Origin: Syntrophales bacterium
GTDB taxonomy: Bacteria; Desulfobacterota; Syntrophia; Syntrophales; UBA6807
Assembly (NCBI GenBank): GCA_040767195.1
Contig: JAXGPA010000004.1
Location: 32,001-96,000 of the forward strand
DNA length: 64,000 nt
Direction of reading: 5' to 3'
Each line of letters opens with the position of its first letter. The stretch's first letter is position 1. Below, one piece after another: positions 61,096-64,000 of this stretch. The position numbers and the translations under genes are program-made. Under the pieces are notes generated by a model. The model did not search any database and was not told the origin of the DNA. It saw nothing but the letters and a program-made list of their open reading frames with translations.

Positions 61096-61207
61096 GACCT
61101 GTCGCGACAGGGGGCCTTCGGGAACGGCCGCCCGTCGGGGGGAGCCGTCACCGGGCGGCCTGGAAGGTTCGAAAACAGGGTCCTTTCATGGGATGAACCG
61201 GCCGTCC

Positions 61208-61236
61208 TTGACGGCCGTGCCCGTTCCGTTTATACT
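61208..61236 (+). promoter_or_regulatory. sigma70 promoter of rpoH
   Basis: TTGACG-N17-TATACT, 33 nt before the ATG. Confidence 0.7.
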
Positions 61237-61269
61237 TAAAAGCTGATTTTTCAAAAGGAAGGTGTCTCA

Positions 61270-62133
61270 ATGAATCTGCCGGCCGTAACGGATGTTCTGG
61301 ATCTTTACATCGCCGAAATAAATCGGTTTCCCATCCTCACGGCGGACGAGGAGTTCAAGCTGGCCGTCCGGTTCAAGAAGCAAAAGGACCTGAAGGCGGC
61401 GGAAAAGCTGGTCACGTCCAACCTTCGATTTGTCGTCAAGATCGCTTACGAGTACAACAATTACGGCATCAAGCTGGTGGACCTCATCCAGGAGGGAAAC
61501 ATCGGGCTCATGCACGCCGTCAAGAAATTCGACCCCTACAAGGGGTTCCGCCTCATCTCCTATGCCGTGTGGTGGATCCGGGCCTACATCCAGAACTTCA
61601 TCATCCGCTCCTGGAGCATCGTCAAGATCGGGACGACCCAGGCCCAGAGAAAACTCTTTTTCAAGCTGAACCAGGTGAAGAACAGGCTCCAGGCGCTCTC
61701 CCAGAAGAACCCCGATCTCAAGGAGGTGGCCGATCTTCTGAATGTCAAGGAAAAGGAAATCGAGGAGATGGACCGCCGGCTGTCCGGGCGGGACCTTTCC
61801 CTGGACGTGACCATGAACGACGAGGGGGAAACGACCTACCTGGACCAGCTCGTCTACGAGGGGGAAAGCCAGGAGGACACCCTGATCCGGAAGGAGGAAA
61901 AGTCCCTCGTCCGCCGGGACATCGCCGGGGCCCTGGCCCGCTTGAACGAGCGGGAAAACTACATCGTGAGAAACCGGATCATGTCGGACGCGCCGGAAAC
62001 GCTTCAGCAGATCGGGGACCGGTTCAAGATCACCCGGGAAAGGGCCCGGCAGATCGAGCAGGAAGCCCTGAAAAAGCTCCGGAAGGCCCTCCCCTATTTC
62101 GGGCCCGAGTCCTCCCCGGAAACCCTTCAGTAG
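61270..62133 (+). CDS. rpoH: RNA polymerase sigma-32 factor
   Basis: SNLRFVVKIA, DLIQEGNIGLM, YAVWWIRA, RpoH box TTQAQRKLFFKL, TRERARQIE. Confidence 0.88.
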   Translation: MNLPAVTDVLDLYIAEINRFPILTADEEFKLAVRFKKQKDLKAAEKLVTSNLRFVVKIAYEYNNYGIKLVDLIQEGNIGLMHAVKKFDPYKGFRLISYAVWWIRAYIQNFIIRSWSIVKIGTTQAQRKLFFKLNQVKNRLQALSQKNPDLKEVADLLNVKEKEIEEMDRRLSGRDLSLDVTMNDEGETTYLDQLVYEGESQEDTLIRKEEKSLVRRDIAGALARLNERENYIVRNRIMSDAPETLQQIGDRFKITRERARQIEQEALKKLRKALPYFGPESSPETLQ

Positions 62134-63491
62134 GCTTCCCGGATTGACGCCAGGTTTTCGAACCGGGTGAATTCCTTCAAAAAGGCCAGCTTGACTTTTC
62201 CCGTGGGGCCGTTTCTCTGCTTGCCGATGATGATCTCCGCGATCCCCTTCTCCGGGTTGTCTTCCGACCGGTTGTACAGCTCGTCACGGTAGACGAAGAG
62301 GATGACGTCGGCGTCCTGCTCGATGGCCCCGGATTCCCGCAGGTCCGCCATCTGGGGCCGCCGGTCGGACCGGGCCTCCACCTGGCGGTTCAGCTGGGAC
62401 AGGGCGACGACGGGAACATTGAGCTCCTTGGCCAGGGACTTGAGGGAACGGCTGATCTCGGAAATCTCCTGCTCCCGGGACGGGCTGTTATCCCGGCCCT
62501 TCATGAGCTGGAGATAGTCCAGGATGACCAGGCCGAGCCCCCGCTCGGCCTTGAGCCTTCTCGCCTTGGCCTTCATTTCCAGGACCGAGATGGAGGCCGT
62601 GTCGTCGATGAAGAGGCGGGCCTCCGAAAGGGTCCCCGCGGCGGTGGTGAGTTTCGGCCAATCCGCTTCCCCGAGAAACCCCTTGCGGAGACGCTGGGAG
62701 TCCACCCGCGCTTCCGCCGAAAGAAGCCGCATGGCGAGCTGTTCCTTGGACATTTCGAGGGAAAATATCGCCACGGGGAGGTCCATCTCGATGGCGGCGT
62801 TCTGGGCCACGTTGAGGGCGAAGGCCGTCTTCCCCATGCTGGGGCGGCCGGCGATGATGATGAGCTCGGAGCGCTGAAACCCCGAGGTCAGGCGGTCCAG
62901 CTCCTCGAAACCGGTGGGCACACCCGTGATGAGGGACTTCTTTTCGAAAAGCCTCTCGATGGTCCGAAAGCTGTCCTTGATGATCTCCCGGATCGGGGAA
63001 AAGGTCTGGCGGATCTTGTTCTCCGAAATCTGGAAAATGGCGTGTTCCGCCTCGTCGAGGATGTCGTCGATGTCCGTGGCCGACTCGTAGGTCTTCGAGA
63101 GAATGCCCGTAGTGGCCGTGATGAGCTTTCTCAAAACGGATTTTTCTTTAACGATCTTGGCATAATAAGCGATATTCGCCGCCGACGGCACCCCGTCCAC
63201 CAGGTCCCCGAGGCCGGCCGCGCCGCCGACGGCCTCGAGCTGGTTCTTGTCCTTGAGAAGGCTGGACAGGGTGATCAGGTCCGCCGGTTCGTTCTTCTCG
63301 GAGAGATCGACGATGGACTGGAAGATTTTCCGGTGGCCGTCGCTGTAGAAGTCTTCCCCGTTCAGGATCTCGAGAACCTGGTGGATGGCCTGGTTGTCCA
63401 GGAGCATCCCGCCCAGGACGGACCGCTCCGCGTCCAGGTTCTGAGGGGGAACGCGGTGGGAGGAAAGATCGCTGTCTCTATTCTTCGGCAA
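62127..63491 (-). CDS. dnaB: Replicative DNA helicase
   Basis: PPQNLDAERSVLG, GRPSMGKT, FSLEM, DYLQLM, ALSQLNR, DLRESGAIEQDAD, KQRNGPTG; no intein. Confidence 0.96.
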   Translation of the reverse strand: MPKNRDSDLSSHRVPPQNLDAERSVLGGMLLDNQAIHQVLEILNGEDFYSDGHRKIFQSIVDLSEKNEPADLITLSSLLKDKNQLEAVGGAAGLGDLVDGVPSAANIAYYAKIVKEKSVLRKLITATTGILSKTYESATDIDDILDEAEHAIFQISENKIRQTFSPIREIIKDSFRTIERLFEKKSLITGVPTGFEELDRLTSGFQRSELIIIAGRPSMGKTAFALNVAQNAAIEMDLPVAIFSLEMSKEQLAMRLLSAEARVDSQRLRKGFLGEADWPKLTTAAGTLSEARLFIDDTASISVLEMKAKARRLKAERGLGLVILDYLQLMKGRDNSPSREQEISEISRSLKSLAKELNVPVVALSQLNRQVEARSDRRPQMADLRESGAIEQDADVILFVYRDELYNRSEDNPEKGIAEIIIGKQRNGPTGKVKLAFLKEFTRFENLASIREAY

Positions 63492-63924
63492 CGACGATCA
63501 CCTTCAGCCTGGCCGTGACGGCCGACGGGAGTTTCACGTCCACGGTGAATTCACCGACGCTTTTTATCGCTTCCTCGAAATGGATGGTCTTCCGGTCGAC
63601 GGCGATCCCCTGGGCCTTCATGTTTTCCTCGATATCCCGGCCGGTGACGGAACCGAAAAGCTTCCCCTGCTCTCCCGCCCGGGCCTGGATCCGGCAGACG
63701 GCGCTCTCGATGACGCCCTTTATTCCCTCCGCTTCCTTTCTCCTCTTCTCCGCTTTTTTCCGGACGGAATCGCGCTGCGCTTTCAGGAGTTCCACGTTCC
63801 GGCTGTCCGCTTCGACGGCGAGCCCCCTGGGGATGAGGTAGTTGCGGGCAAAGCCTGTTTTGACACGGATGACGTCCCCGATTTTACCGAGAGACTCTAC
63901 ATTTTCCTTCAGAATGACTTCCAT
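63478..63924 (-). CDS. rplI: 50S ribosomal protein L9
   Basis: MEVIL, LGKIGD..VKTGFARNYLIP, GKLFGSVT; AAGGAGG RBS. Confidence 0.95.
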   Translation of the reverse strand: MEVILKENVESLGKIGDVIRVKTGFARNYLIPRGLAVEADSRNVELLKAQRDSVRKKAEKRRKEAEGIKGVIESAVCRIQARAGEQGKLFGSVTGRDIEENMKAQGIAVDRKTIHFEEAIKSVGEFTVDVKLPSAVTARLKVIVVAEE

Positions 63925-64000
63925 TGCAAGACCTCCTTGACGATCTCTGAAATCGAACCCTGTGTCCGGAATCAGGACGGCGGGGCCGGCTTTTTCTGTA

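Noticed and set aside
62127..63491. Intein in dnaB
   Set aside because: Normal length (454 aa) with contiguous motifs

Overview
GC-rich chromosomal window, most likely from an anaerobic deltaproteobacterium (Desulfobacterota, Syntrophales-like). The taxonomy is inferred from gene content: membrane pyrophosphatase, paaK-ACT pair, tandem pilT, sigma54 regulators, DUF1844 and DUF4301. In order it holds: a nucleotide-sugar cluster (uxs-like, ugd, GlcA epimerase, rfbA); an AT-rich islet encoding an IPTL-CTERM protein; a MarR-headed acyl-CoA operon that also encodes a CoxD/CoxE-like AAA+/vWA pair, a degenerate acyl-CoA dehydrogenase and a cysteine desulfurase; proVW; a 3xPAS-GGDEF cyclase; dnaJ/cbpM; a sigma54-driven orphan gene; mixed metabolic genes; a stand-alone divergent EF-G; a Kef-type antiporter; a GAF-GAF sigma54 activator followed by a sigma54 promoter and a structured putative RNA; and the housekeeping run dac-clpB-htpX-DUF1844-ispE-tRNA-Gln-prs-rplY-pth-hppA-ychF, then rpoH, dnaB and rplI. 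No CRISPR array, rRNA, integrase or transposase was seen. Best novelty candidates: (1) the activator/UAS/sigma54 promoter/anti-Shine-Dalgarno-loop RNA module at 46.5-49.3 kb; (2) the AAA+/vWA plus pseudo-ACAD operon at 5.7-14.1 kb; (3) a second sigma54 unit at 21.6-22.1 kb; (4) a MITE-like repeat in two copies; (5) a structured leader at 30.5 kb. All calls come from motif reading by eye; no database searches were run.
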